DNA of 31,979 nucleotides from Actinomycetota bacterium (GTDB lineage Bacteria > Actinomycetota > CADDZG01 > WHSQ01). The stretch spans positions 1 to 31,979 of the forward strand of contig JBHELU010000284.1 of NCBI GenBank assembly GCA_046262955.1. Reading direction: 5' to 3'. The notes under the pieces were generated by a model that saw only the letters and a program-made list of their open reading frames with translations, did no database searches and had not been told where the DNA came from. Both the position numbers and the translations under genes were made by a program. This document shows, one piece after another, positions 16,690 through 24,829 of the stretch (positions within the stretch are counted from its first letter, which is position 1; each line of letters starts with the position of its first letter).

Positions 16690-17060
16690 GACTCTTGCTT
16701 ACGCGTCCTCGTTCGCCGAACGATCACGAATCCGATACCGATGGCCGCCAGGCCGGTCAGCACGAACAACGTCACGTCCGCACCGGTGAACGGCAGGACC
16801 TGCTTGTGCAGCACCGTAGGCGTCGGCGAAGGTGGTTCAACCGTCGTCGTCGTCGCGCTGTGGTGCGGCGGAGACGTCGTGAATCGCGTCGGGCTGATGG
16901 TTTTGCACTTGTGCGTGTAAGGGTCACAGATCCTTTTCGCCGAAGCCGATCCGGCGAAGAGCATCATCGACCCGAGAATTCCGACCACGCACAACGCCAT
17001 CAGCGCCAGCGTCCCGCGAGCGATCCTGCGCTTTCTCCTCTGTGAAGCAGACATCATCAC
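16686..17060 (-). CDS. Small secreted LPXTG-type (LPFTG) cell-wall-anchored protein
   Basis: AGGAGG RBS (start GTG 17060, ATG 17057 or ATG 17054), signal peptide ending ASA, S/T/P-rich stalk, then LPFTG, a hydrophobic helix and a basic tail RRTRTRK. Confidence 0.85.
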   Translation of the reverse strand: MMMSASQRRKRRIARGTLALMALCVVGILGSMMLFAGSASAKRICDPYTHKCKTISPTRFTTSPPHHSATTTTVEPPSPTPTVLHKQVLPFTGADVTLFVLTGLAAIGIGFVIVRRTRTRKQES

Positions 17061-17064
17061 CCTC

Positions 17065-18489
17065 CTACACTCTGAAGAAGGTCCCCACTGTCCTCATGAG
17101 GATCTTCATGTCCTGGGACAACGACCAGTTCTCTACGTAGTAATTGTCGAATGCCGCGCGCTCCTCGATCGAGGTATCTCCTTTCAACCCGTGTACCTGA
17201 GCCCATCCCGTGATCCCCGCCGGCAGCCGGTGGCGAGAGTCGTATTGCGGATACATCTCCTTGAACAGCTCGACGAAATAAGGGCGCTCCGGACGGGGTC
17301 CTACCAGGGACATGTTGCCCGTCAGTACGTTGAAGAGTTGGGGCAACTCGTCCAGTGAAGTCTCTCGCAAGAAACGCCCCACGCGAGTCATCCGCTGCTC
17401 GTCTGCAGCCCATTCCGTGTCTTCGATCTCGGTTTCGCGTAGGGCCATGCTCCGGAACTTGAACAGAGTGAACGGTCGTCCGTCGAGTCCGACGCGAACC
17501 TGGCGAAGGAAGATCGGCCCCCGCGACTCGATGTAGATCGCAAGCGCGATCAGCCCCATCAATGGCGCGGTAACGACGACGCCTATGGCCGCGATCGCAA
17601 AATCGATCGCGCGCTTTGCTATCCAAGCCGGACGGCTGCGCGCCGGAGTTTGCAAGCGCACAACGGGCAGTCCCCACAGATGATCGTTGGTCGTCGCACT
17701 AGAGCCGAGCTCAAAGAATCGAGGGACGACCCAGACCTGCGCGCCCGCTTCCATCGCAGCGCGGATCTCGTGCACCATGTCTTGCTGTTGAGTCGAACCA
17801 AACGCCACTATCAATACGTCGATGTCGCGCGAGCGAACGATCTCGGTAAGAGCAGAAGTCCCACCCAGCAGTCGAGCGCCGAGCTCGTCTGCGGAGAACA
17901 TCGGGTCATCGTCGATCACGCCGACAACGTCTAATCCATATTCGTCGTGCGAAGCGAGGGTCGAGATGACGTGCCGTCCGATCGTGCCGCCGCCTAGAAC
18001 CAGTGTGCGAGACGTCGCCGTGCGCCGCAGCGTGCGTTCGAAAGCCCGGCCGGCGACACGTCCGATCGCCAAGGAACCCGAAACGGCTATCGCAACGACG
18101 AGGAGCTCGTGAAGTGCGCCCCATCCGAATGCCAGGGTCACGGCCGACGCGAACGCGTACGAGAGACCAACCTTGCGCAGGATCTCTCCCGCGTCGTCAA
18201 GCGTGCCGACACTTAGCTTCTGTCTAAAGAAACTCTGAGAAACGATCGCGACGACCGTTCCGATAGCAAAGACGGCCACCCCCGCGCCGAGCCGCCCCGA
18301 CAAGAGCTTCGTTGCGAACAGAACTGCCAGCAATACCCAAATGTCGACGATGGCTACGACGTCGCCGGGGTCGAGCCGCGCGACGAGCCCCCGACGGGAG
18401 GCAGTCGTTGGTAACGAACCGACCGCACCGAGCGACGGGGCTTCGATAACGTTTTCTTGGACGGGCGGCGTCACGAGGACACGCTCCAT
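17065..18489 (-). CDS. Priming polyprenyl-phosphate glycosylphosphotransferase (WcaJ/CpsE-like sugar transferase)
   Basis: N-terminal TM helices, CoA-binding-like VLGGGTIG, then KRAIDF, FTLFKFRSM, SLDELPQLFNVLTGNMSLVGPRPE and PAGITGWAQV. Exact start uncertain because no SD precedes ATG 18489. Confidence 0.95.
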   Translation of the reverse strand: MERVLVTPPVQENVIEAPSLGAVGSLPTTASRRGLVARLDPGDVVAIVDIWVLLAVLFATKLLSGRLGAGVAVFAIGTVVAIVSQSFFRQKLSVGTLDDAGEILRKVGLSYAFASAVTLAFGWGALHELLVVAIAVSGSLAIGRVAGRAFERTLRRTATSRTLVLGGGTIGRHVISTLASHDEYGLDVVGVIDDDPMFSADELGARLLGGTSALTEIVRSRDIDVLIVAFGSTQQQDMVHEIRAAMEAGAQVWVVPRFFELGSSATTNDHLWGLPVVRLQTPARSRPAWIAKRAIDFAIAAIGVVVTAPLMGLIALAIYIESRGPIFLRQVRVGLDGRPFTLFKFRSMALRETEIEDTEWAADEQRMTRVGRFLRETSLDELPQLFNVLTGNMSLVGPRPERPYFVELFKEMYPQYDSRHRLPAGITGWAQVHGLKGDTSIEERAAFDNYYVENWSLSQDMKILMRTVGTFFRV

Positions 18490-18798
18490 CGCGGAGAGGC
18501 CGCGCCTGGCAGACCCATTACAGGGGGAGGAGATCCCGCTGAGAAAAACATCGAACTCCTAACAACAAGTCGCGGCCAGATCGACGCCGACCGTAGCGCA
18601 CCAAGCACTACCAGCCGAATCCCATATACCCCAAATGGGGAAAAATCTTCCTCTTTGGGGTGAATCCTAATCTTGGGCTCCACTAAGCGCCTATCCCCCA
18701 AATGTGTTACCCGCACCGTTTAGTGGAAAACTTTACCTGCCAATTAAAGGGCAAACCGGCGCTCACGTCCACCTATAACGAACCGGGCACCTAGAAGG

Positions 18799-18816
18799 TT
18801 TGCCCACCAGGGCAAA
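18799..18816 (-). terminator. Hairpin downstream of mdh (possible terminator)
   Basis: Minus strand TTTGCCC-TGGT-GGGCAAA about 20 nt after the mdh stop. The following tract (CCTTCT) is weak. Confidence 0.4.
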
Positions 18817-18836
18817 GAGGAGGTTTAAGCGCGAAA

Positions 18837-19784
18837 TTAGCGCAGGCGGTCGGCGAGCTCCTGGCACTTGGCCCGGATCGCCTCGGCCGCTTCCGACAGC
18901 TTCGCCTGCTCGTCGGCGTTCAGCTCGAGCTCCACGATCCCGGTCACCCCACCTGCCCCCAATTTGGCCGGAACCCCCAGATACACGTCCGAGATGCCGT
19001 ACTCACCGGTCGTCCATGCACACGTGGGAAGGACCTCGTTGGAGTCGGACAGGATCGCAGCGACCATCTGAGCAGCGGACGAGGACGGCGCGTAGAACGC
19101 GCTCCCCTTCTGCAGGTACTTGACGATCTCGGCCCCTGCGTCGCGGGTCCGCTGGAACAGAGCGTCGAGCGAAGCCTGGTCGACCAGCTCGGGCAGTGGC
19201 TTGCCTTCGACCGTTGCATGGCGAGGAAGGGCAACCATCTGATCCCCGTGCGAGCCGAGCGTGATGGCCTCGACCGATGTCGGAGCGACACCCAGCTTCT
19301 CGGCGATGAAGAAGCGCAAGCGAGAGGAATCCAGGACGCCGGCCATTCCCATCACGCGCTCCTTCGGGAAGTCGCTGACCTTTGAAGCCAGAAACGTCAT
19401 CTCGTCCAAGGGATTGGAGACGACGATGAGGATGCAATCCGGCGAGTTCGCTGCGATCTCGCGAGTCACCCCGCCGACGATCTCCGAGTTCTTGTCCAGC
19501 AGGTCCATCCGGCTCATGCCCGGCTTGCGCGGCAGTCCGGCAGTGATGACCACGACGTCCGAGTCGGCCGTATCTTCGTAGTCGTTCGTTCCGGTCACGA
19601 GCGTCTCGAACCCCTCGACCGGTGCAGATTGATTGATATCGAGCGCAAGTCCCTGCGGCAGACCTTCGACGATGTCGATCATCACGACTTCGTCTGCCAT
19701 CCCTTTCTCGGCTACGCGCCGAGCGGTGTTGGAGCCGACGTTGCCCGCGCCGACCACGGTTACCTTCGTTGACCCCTTTGTCAT
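18837..19784 (-). CDS. mdh: Malate dehydrogenase (LDH-like)
   Basis: VVGAGNVG, TAGLPRKPGMSR (Arg specificity residue of MDH), VSNPLD, GMAGVLDSSR, LGSHGD and GSAFYAP. Confidence 0.96.
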   Translation of the reverse strand: MTKGSTKVTVVGAGNVGSNTARRVAEKGMADEVVMIDIVEGLPQGLALDINQSAPVEGFETLVTGTNDYEDTADSDVVVITAGLPRKPGMSRMDLLDKNSEIVGGVTREIAANSPDCILIVVSNPLDEMTFLASKVSDFPKERVMGMAGVLDSSRLRFFIAEKLGVAPTSVEAITLGSHGDQMVALPRHATVEGKPLPELVDQASLDALFQRTRDAGAEIVKYLQKGSAFYAPSSSAAQMVAAILSDSNEVLPTCAWTTGEYGISDVYLGVPAKLGAGGVTGIVELELNADEQAKLSEAAEAIRAKCQELADRLR

Positions 19785-19800
19785 GCAGTCCTCCCGTGGA

Positions 19801-20898
19801 TCAGGAAAGCTTCTCGATGATCCCGTCGGCGACCTCTGATGTGCCCACCGCCGAGGGATCGTCTCGATCCGGCTTCATGTCGTACGTCACGTGCTTGCCT
19901 TCTGCGATCACGTCCGCGATCGCTTTCTCGAGCCGATCTGCAGCATCAGTTTCGTTGAGGTGCCGAAGCATCAGCACGCCCGACAGCATCATCGCCATCG
20001 GGTTCACCTTGTTCTGCCCCGAATACTTGGGGGCAGACCCGTGCGTGGGCTCGAAGACCGCCGCCTCATCGCCGATGTTCCCGCCCGGTGCAACACCGAG
20101 CCCTCCGACCAACCCCGCGCCCAGATCGGACACGATGTCGCCGTAGAGGTTGGGCAACACCAGCACGTCGTAGAGCTCGGGCTTCTGAACCAGCTGCATG
20201 CACATGTTGTCGACGATCCGGTCTTCGAATTCGACGCCGGAATCGCCGTACTCCTCTTCTGCAACCTGACGAGCGGTGTGCAGGAACAGGCCGTCGGAGA
20301 ACTTCATGATGTTCGCCTTGTGCACCGCAGTTACTTTCTTGCGCCCGTTCTTGATCGCGTAGTCGAACGCGGCCCTCACGATGCGCTGGGTGCCGAACAC
20401 GGAGATCGGCTTGATCGAGATCCCCGAGTCCTCACGGATGCGTCTGGCCCCCAGCTCGTCGATGAAATCGATCAGCTTCCTAGCTTCGGGCGAGCCTTGC
20501 TCGAACTCGATCCCTGCGTATAGGTCCTCGTGGTTCTCGCGGACGACGACCAGGTCGATGTTCTCGTAGCGGGAGCGCACACCTGGATAGGACTTGCACG
20601 GACGCAAGCACATGTAAAGGTCGAGCTCCTTGCGAAGAGCGACGTTCACGCTCCTGAATCCTGTCCCCACCGGCGTGGTTATGGGCCCCTTGATCGCTAC
20701 CTTGTTCTTGCGGACCGACTCCAGAACCGAGTCGGGAAGGGGCGTCCCGTACTCCTCCATCACGTCCGTTCCCGCTTGCTGAACGTCCCAGTCGAAACCC
20801 ACACCGGTCGCTTCGAGCACGCGGCGTGTTGCCTCGGCGATCTCCGGTCCCGTTCCGTCACCGGGGATGAAAGTGACGCGATGAACTTTCTGTGACAT
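19801..20898 (-). CDS. icd: Isocitrate dehydrogenase (homodimeric, probably NADP-dependent)
   Basis: [55 protein letters not shown] and [10 protein letters not shown] (Lys-Tyr pair associated with NADP preference). Confidence 0.92.
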   Translation of the reverse strand: MSQKVHRVTFIPGDGTGPEIAEATRRVLEATGVGFDWDVQQAGTDVMEEYGTPLPDSVLESVRKNKVAIKGPITTPVGTGFRSVNVALRKELDLYMCLRPCKSYPGVRSRYENIDLVVVRENHEDLYAGIEFEQGSPEARKLIDFIDELGARRIREDSGISIKPISVFGTQRIVRAAFDYAIKNGRKKVTAVHKANIMKFSDGLFLHTARQVAEEEYGDSGVEFEDRIVDNMCMQLVQKPELYDVLVLPNLYGDIVSDLGAGLVGGLGVAPGGNIGDEAAVFEPTHGSAPKYSGQNKVNPMAMMLSGVLMLRHLNETDAADRLEKAIADVIAEGKHVTYDMKPDRDDPSAVGTSEVADGIIEKLS

Positions 20899-21027
20899 CT
20901 AGGAAACCTCTCTCGCGGTGAGTTTTGTTACTGCTCGGAGGCGCCTAACCTACCTGATAGCCTTTGCCAAAGAGCCTGGTGAGGACATGCGCGAGCGGGC
21001 GCGAGGCGAAAGGTCGGATGCGTACGG

Positions 21028-22155
21028 ATGGCTAAACCCGGCAAGGGTCTCGAAGGTGTAGTCGCTGCCGAAACGGCCCTCTCGGACATCGACGGAGCCG
21101 AGGGCCGGCTTTCCTACGTCGGTTACGACATCCACGACCTGGCGAACCACGCCACCTTCGAAGAGGTCATCTACCTCCTTCAGAATCTCGAGCTGCCGAC
21201 GGGTCAGCAGCTGGACGAGCTCAAGTCGCAGCTTGCTCGGGAGCGCGAGCCCAACGACTTCGTGATGAAGCTGATGCCCTACCTCGCGGCGAACTGCGCA
21301 CCGATGTCGATGCTGCGCACTGCGGTTTCTGCTTCTTCTGCCAAGGACCCGGATGGATGGGACACGTCTGAAGAAGCCAACTACCGCAAGGCCGTTCGGT
21401 TGTGCGCCGTGTTTCCCACGCTGGTGGCCTACTACGACCGGATGCGGAACGAGCAGCCGCTCGTACCGCCCGACGAGACGTTGTCGCAAGCCGCCAACTT
21501 CTTGTGGATGCTGAAGGGCGATAAGGCTGACGACGAGCAGGCACGGATCTTCGACGTTTGCCTCGTCTTGCACGCGGACCACACCATGAATGCTTCGACG
21601 TTCGCAGCGCGGGTGTGCGCGGCAACTTTGTCCGACATCCACTCGGCGATCACAGCAGCCATCGCGGCCCTCAAGGGCCCGCTCCACGGCGGAGCCAACG
21701 AGCAGGTGATGCGGATGATCAAAGAGATCAAAGAGCCGTCCAAGGCGCGCGACTACATCATCGAGAGGCTGCGCAACAAGCAAAAGGTCATGGGGTTCGG
21801 CCACCGCGTGTACCGCACGGAGGACCCCCGCGCGACTCACCTTCGCGAGATGGCGAAGCTCCTCGCCGAAAAGACCGGCGACTCGAATAATTACGAGATC
21901 TCTCAAGAGATCGAGAAGGCCGTCATGGACGAGAAGGGCATCTACCCCAACGTCGACTTCTATGCCGCATCGGTCTACGGCTACCTGAAGATCCCCACCG
22001 ACCTGTTCACAACCGTGTTTGCGTGCAGCCGCGTTTCTGGATGGACGGCCCACGTGCGAGAGCAGTACGCAGACAACCGGCTGATCCGCCCCGACCACGA
22101 GTACGTAGGGCCCGACCCTCGCTCTTGGTTGCCCTTGGAAGAGCGGAGCCACTAG
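21028..22155 (+). CDS. gltA: Citrate synthase (short type; 2-methylcitrate synthase activity not excluded)
   Basis: GLEGVVAAET, LHADHTMNAST, GPLHGGANE, MGFGHRVY, YPNVDFY and RLIRP. Confidence 0.92.
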   Translation: MAKPGKGLEGVVAAETALSDIDGAEGRLSYVGYDIHDLANHATFEEVIYLLQNLELPTGQQLDELKSQLAREREPNDFVMKLMPYLAANCAPMSMLRTAVSASSAKDPDGWDTSEEANYRKAVRLCAVFPTLVAYYDRMRNEQPLVPPDETLSQAANFLWMLKGDKADDEQARIFDVCLVLHADHTMNASTFAARVCAATLSDIHSAITAAIAALKGPLHGGANEQVMRMIKEIKEPSKARDYIIERLRNKQKVMGFGHRVYRTEDPRATHLREMAKLLAEKTGDSNNYEISQEIEKAVMDEKGIYPNVDFYAASVYGYLKIPTDLFTTVFACSRVSGWTAHVREQYADNRLIRPDHEYVGPDPRSWLPLEERSH

Positions 22156-22278
22156 ACCTCGTACTGCTTCAAGGGCGGCACTTCCGGACATACATCAAGG
22201 TAGCCAGGCGCGCTCCCGAGAATCCTGGAGGCGTTGAGATCCGTAGAAGAAGGGGCCCTGCCCCATTTCCGCGAGGCC

Positions 22279-22303
22279 GTAACGCTGGGCCTTTTTCTCC
22301 GTT
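22279..22303 (+). promoter_or_regulatory. Putative ECF-type promoter upstream of the sigma factor gene
   Basis: GTAAC (22279-22283), 16 nt spacer, CGTT (22300-22303): the AAC-N16-CGT layout typical of ECF sigma promoters. Confidence 0.45.
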
Positions 22304-22315
22304 CAAGGGACAAAT

Positions 22316-22870
22316 GTGGACATCGATCAGCTCAGGGACAACGTCCGCCGGGCCGTCAAAGGGGACGGCCGGGCAGCTTCGGCGTTGTTCGACGAGTTCC
22401 ATCCCCGGATCTATCGCTACGCCCTATCCAAGCTCCGATCCGCTCAGGATGCCGACGACGTCGCCTCGGAGACCTTCGCCCGCGTCCTTCGCGATCTGGG
22501 ACGGTTCCGCTGGAAAGCCGGGGGGTTCGAGGCGTGGATCTTCCGGATCGCCTCTAACCTCGTCGTCGATCATGTCCGGCACTCATCTAGGGAGCGACCG
22601 GGCTCCGACCCACTTCCCGAGCGGGAATCTCTCGACCCAAGACCGGAGGAGCTGGTGCTCACCGGCGAGCTCGTGGCAGACCTCACGAGCTTGCTCGACC
22701 GGCTGGTTCCAGATCAGCGCGAGGTCCTGCTCCTCAGGTTCGCGGCGGGGCTCGATACAAGCGAAACGGCTACCGTGATGGGCAAGAAGGTGAACGCCAC
22801 CCGGCAGCTGCAGTTCCGAGCGATCCAGAACCTGCGGGCGCTCATGGCGGAGAAAGCAGACGCACGATGA
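22316..22870 (+). CDS. ECF-family RNA polymerase sigma-70 factor
   Basis: Region 2 DADDVASETF...FEAWIFRIASNLVVDHVR; region 4 LVPDQREVLLLRFAAGLDTSETATVMG. Confidence 0.93.
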   Translation: MDIDQLRDNVRRAVKGDGRAASALFDEFHPRIYRYALSKLRSAQDADDVASETFARVLRDLGRFRWKAGGFEAWIFRIASNLVVDHVRHSSRERPGSDPLPERESLDPRPEELVLTGELVADLTSLLDRLVPDQREVLLLRFAAGLDTSETATVMGKKVNATRQLQFRAIQNLRALMAEKADAR

Positions 22871-23943
22871 CCGCGACGCGCAGCGACTACGACTTGCTCG
22901 ACGACGCGCTCGAGGGGCGCTTGGTCGATCCCAGCGTGGCCGAGCTCGCCGAGCTGGGTGCCGGTCTAAATGAAAGCCTTGGCCACGAGGTCCCACCTGC
23001 TCCGGGCACACGGGCACTGTTCGTTCAAGGCGTGTCCGCCCGGGCGCAGACTCGCCGCGGCCCCCGCATCCTGGTGCCGTCGATCGCACTTGGCATCCTT
23101 GCGCTGGTGGTTGCGGGCCTCAGCCGTACCGCACTTCCCGGCAGCGCGCTGTATCAAGTCAGGAAGGTCCTTGCGTCGGTTGACCTCGCGCCGTCGGCCC
23201 AGCACGAGGTGGACCTCCGCATCACGCGTGCTCGGGACGAGCTCGCGCTTGCGCAATCCCTCCTCCCCGGCAAGCCCACGGTGGCTCTCGATGCAGCGAA
23301 CATCGCACTAGAACAGCTCGGACAGGCGCGGTCGTTCCTCGACGACGTCTCTTCGAGCGAAGTCTCTCGAGACAGAGTCACCATCTCGCAGCTCGAGCGG
23401 CGAGCTGAGTCAGTCATCGGGCAGGCAACGGCCGAGTCGTCACACTCCCCGAGCGGCGGCTCGTCTCCCACAAAGTCGATGAGCGGATCCGGTGCGGGAC
23501 CTACGCGATCCGATAACTCCGGCGATCGCGGGGACGGGTCGGGGGCCGATAACTCCGGTCGCGGATCCGATGCATCAGGCTCACATGGGAGCTCCGGCGA
23601 TTCTGGGTCCAGCGGATCGAACGGCGACAATGGCTCGGGCGACGGCTCCAACCATGGATCGTCGGGCGCTCATCCCGGCTCGAATGACCGGGGCAGCGGC
23701 TCCTCTAGCTCGGGCGACGGGGGCAGCGGCAGCGATTCGGGGAGCGACGGCTCGAACGATCATTCGGGTGGGGGCGCTCAGCCGTCGCCGAGCCCGGGTG
23801 ACGGTTCCGGCGACAGTGGCGAGGGATCTAACGATTCGAACGGCACGTCCGACCTCGGTACGGGCAAGGGCGGCGGGGACCACCCGGGTGGCTCGGGCTC
23901 GGGGTCGACAGACGGGAGCTCCGGTGGGAGCCTCGACAACTAA
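22867..23943 (+). CDS. Putative membrane anti-sigma factor (DUF5667-like) with Gly/Ser/Asp-rich C-terminal tail
   Basis: ATGA overlap with the sigma gene, a single TM (ILVPSIALGILALVVAGL), ALPGSALYQVRK motif like DUF5667, a helical domain, then a long low-complexity tail. Confidence 0.7.
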   Translation: MTATRSDYDLLDDALEGRLVDPSVAELAELGAGLNESLGHEVPPAPGTRALFVQGVSARAQTRRGPRILVPSIALGILALVVAGLSRTALPGSALYQVRKVLASVDLAPSAQHEVDLRITRARDELALAQSLLPGKPTVALDAANIALEQLGQARSFLDDVSSSEVSRDRVTISQLERRAESVIGQATAESSHSPSGGSSPTKSMSGSGAGPTRSDNSGDRGDGSGADNSGRGSDASGSHGSSGDSGSSGSNGDNGSGDGSNHGSSGAHPGSNDRGSGSSSSGDGGSGSDSGSDGSNDHSGGGAQPSPSPGDGSGDSGEGSNDSNGTSDLGTGKGGGDHPGGSGSGSTDGSSGGSLDN

Positions 23944-23946
23944 CGC

Positions 23947-24804
23947 TTAGAGAGAACGGCGCGCCAGCGCCACGGTGTTCTTCAAAAGCATCGCGATCGT
24001 CATCGGGCCAACGCCCCCAGGCACCGGCGTGATCTTGCCGGCGACCTCCTTCGCTGCATGGAAGTCGACGTCTCCAGCAAGGCCCGCTTCGGTTCGATTC
24101 ATCCCGACATCGATCACGGTCGCTCCCGGAGCGATCATGGGGGCCGTGATGGCGTGCGCGCGGCCCATCGCCGCAACGAGGATGTCGGCGCGTCGCGTAT
24201 GGGCCGGCAGGTCCTTCGTAGCCGTGTGACAGATCGTGACGGTGGCGTTGGCTCCGTTGCCCTTCTGAACCAGCAACGCGCCGAGTGGCTTTCCGACGAT
24301 GTTCGAGCGACCCACGACGACGACCTCGGCACCTGAGATCTCGACGCCGGTCCTAAGCAGAAGCTCCTGGATGCCTGCCGGGGTAGCGGGAACCACTACG
24401 GCGTCGCCCATCAGCAACCGTCCGAGGTTGCATGGATGGAAACCGTCCGCATCCTTTGAGGGGTCGACCGCGTTCAGCACGCGTTCTTCGTCTACATGTG
24501 CAGGGAGTGGAAGCTGAACCAGGATTCCGTGAACGGCCTCGTCGGCATTCAAGTCGGCGAGCAACGCCAGCAGGTCTTGCTCGGGAGTGCTCGCATCGAG
24601 GTCGTGATCCCAAGCTTTGATGCCGACTTCCGCGCACATCTTTCGCTTGGAGTTGACGTAGATGCGCGAGGCGGGATCGTCGCCGACCAGAACCGTTGCG
24701 AGGCCCGGAATCACGCCTTTCTCGGAAAGCTGGTTGACCTCCTCGGCGACCTCGCGGCGCACGTCTTGCGCGATCGCCTTTCCATCAATGATGTCCGCAG
24801 TCAC
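23947..24804 (-). CDS. folD: Methylenetetrahydrofolate dehydrogenase/cyclohydrolase
   Basis: [48 protein letters not shown] and [14 protein letters not shown] 24804 has a GGAGGG RBS. Confidence 0.97.
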   Translation of the reverse strand: MTADIIDGKAIAQDVRREVAEEVNQLSEKGVIPGLATVLVGDDPASRIYVNSKRKMCAEVGIKAWDHDLDASTPEQDLLALLADLNADEAVHGILVQLPLPAHVDEERVLNAVDPSKDADGFHPCNLGRLLMGDAVVVPATPAGIQELLLRTGVEISGAEVVVVGRSNIVGKPLGALLVQKGNGANATVTICHTATKDLPAHTRRADILVAAMGRAHAITAPMIAPGATVIDVGMNRTEAGLAGDVDFHAAKEVAGKITPVPGGVGPMTIAMLLKNTVALARRSL

Positions 24805-24829
24805 ACTGCCCTCCGATCGACGTTTGTGA

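Noticed and set aside
18471-18716. 81-aa minus-strand ORF upstream of the priming transferase as a real gene
   Set aside because: No SD at its first codon and no recognisable features; only the last 26 codons have an SD-linked start, which is reported as a tentative uORF.
18747-18805. Second c-di-GMP-I riboswitch (AAGGGCAAACCgGCG matches the true aptamer at 14 of 15 nt)
   Set aside because: No GNRA-capped P2, no GGACGCAAAGC junction and no CUACC 3' strand on either strand. The + copy points away from any + gene.
20950-22191. 413-aa minus-strand ORF
   Set aside because: Antisense shadow of citrate synthase caused by high-GC codon bias; no domain signature.
22274-22296. AGGCC-N9-GGCCT-TTTT as the intrinsic terminator of citrate synthase
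   Set aside because: The 5-bp stem with a 9-nt loop is weak and lies about 120 nt after the stop. It overlaps the better-fitting ECF promoter; not excluded, but not supported enough to call.
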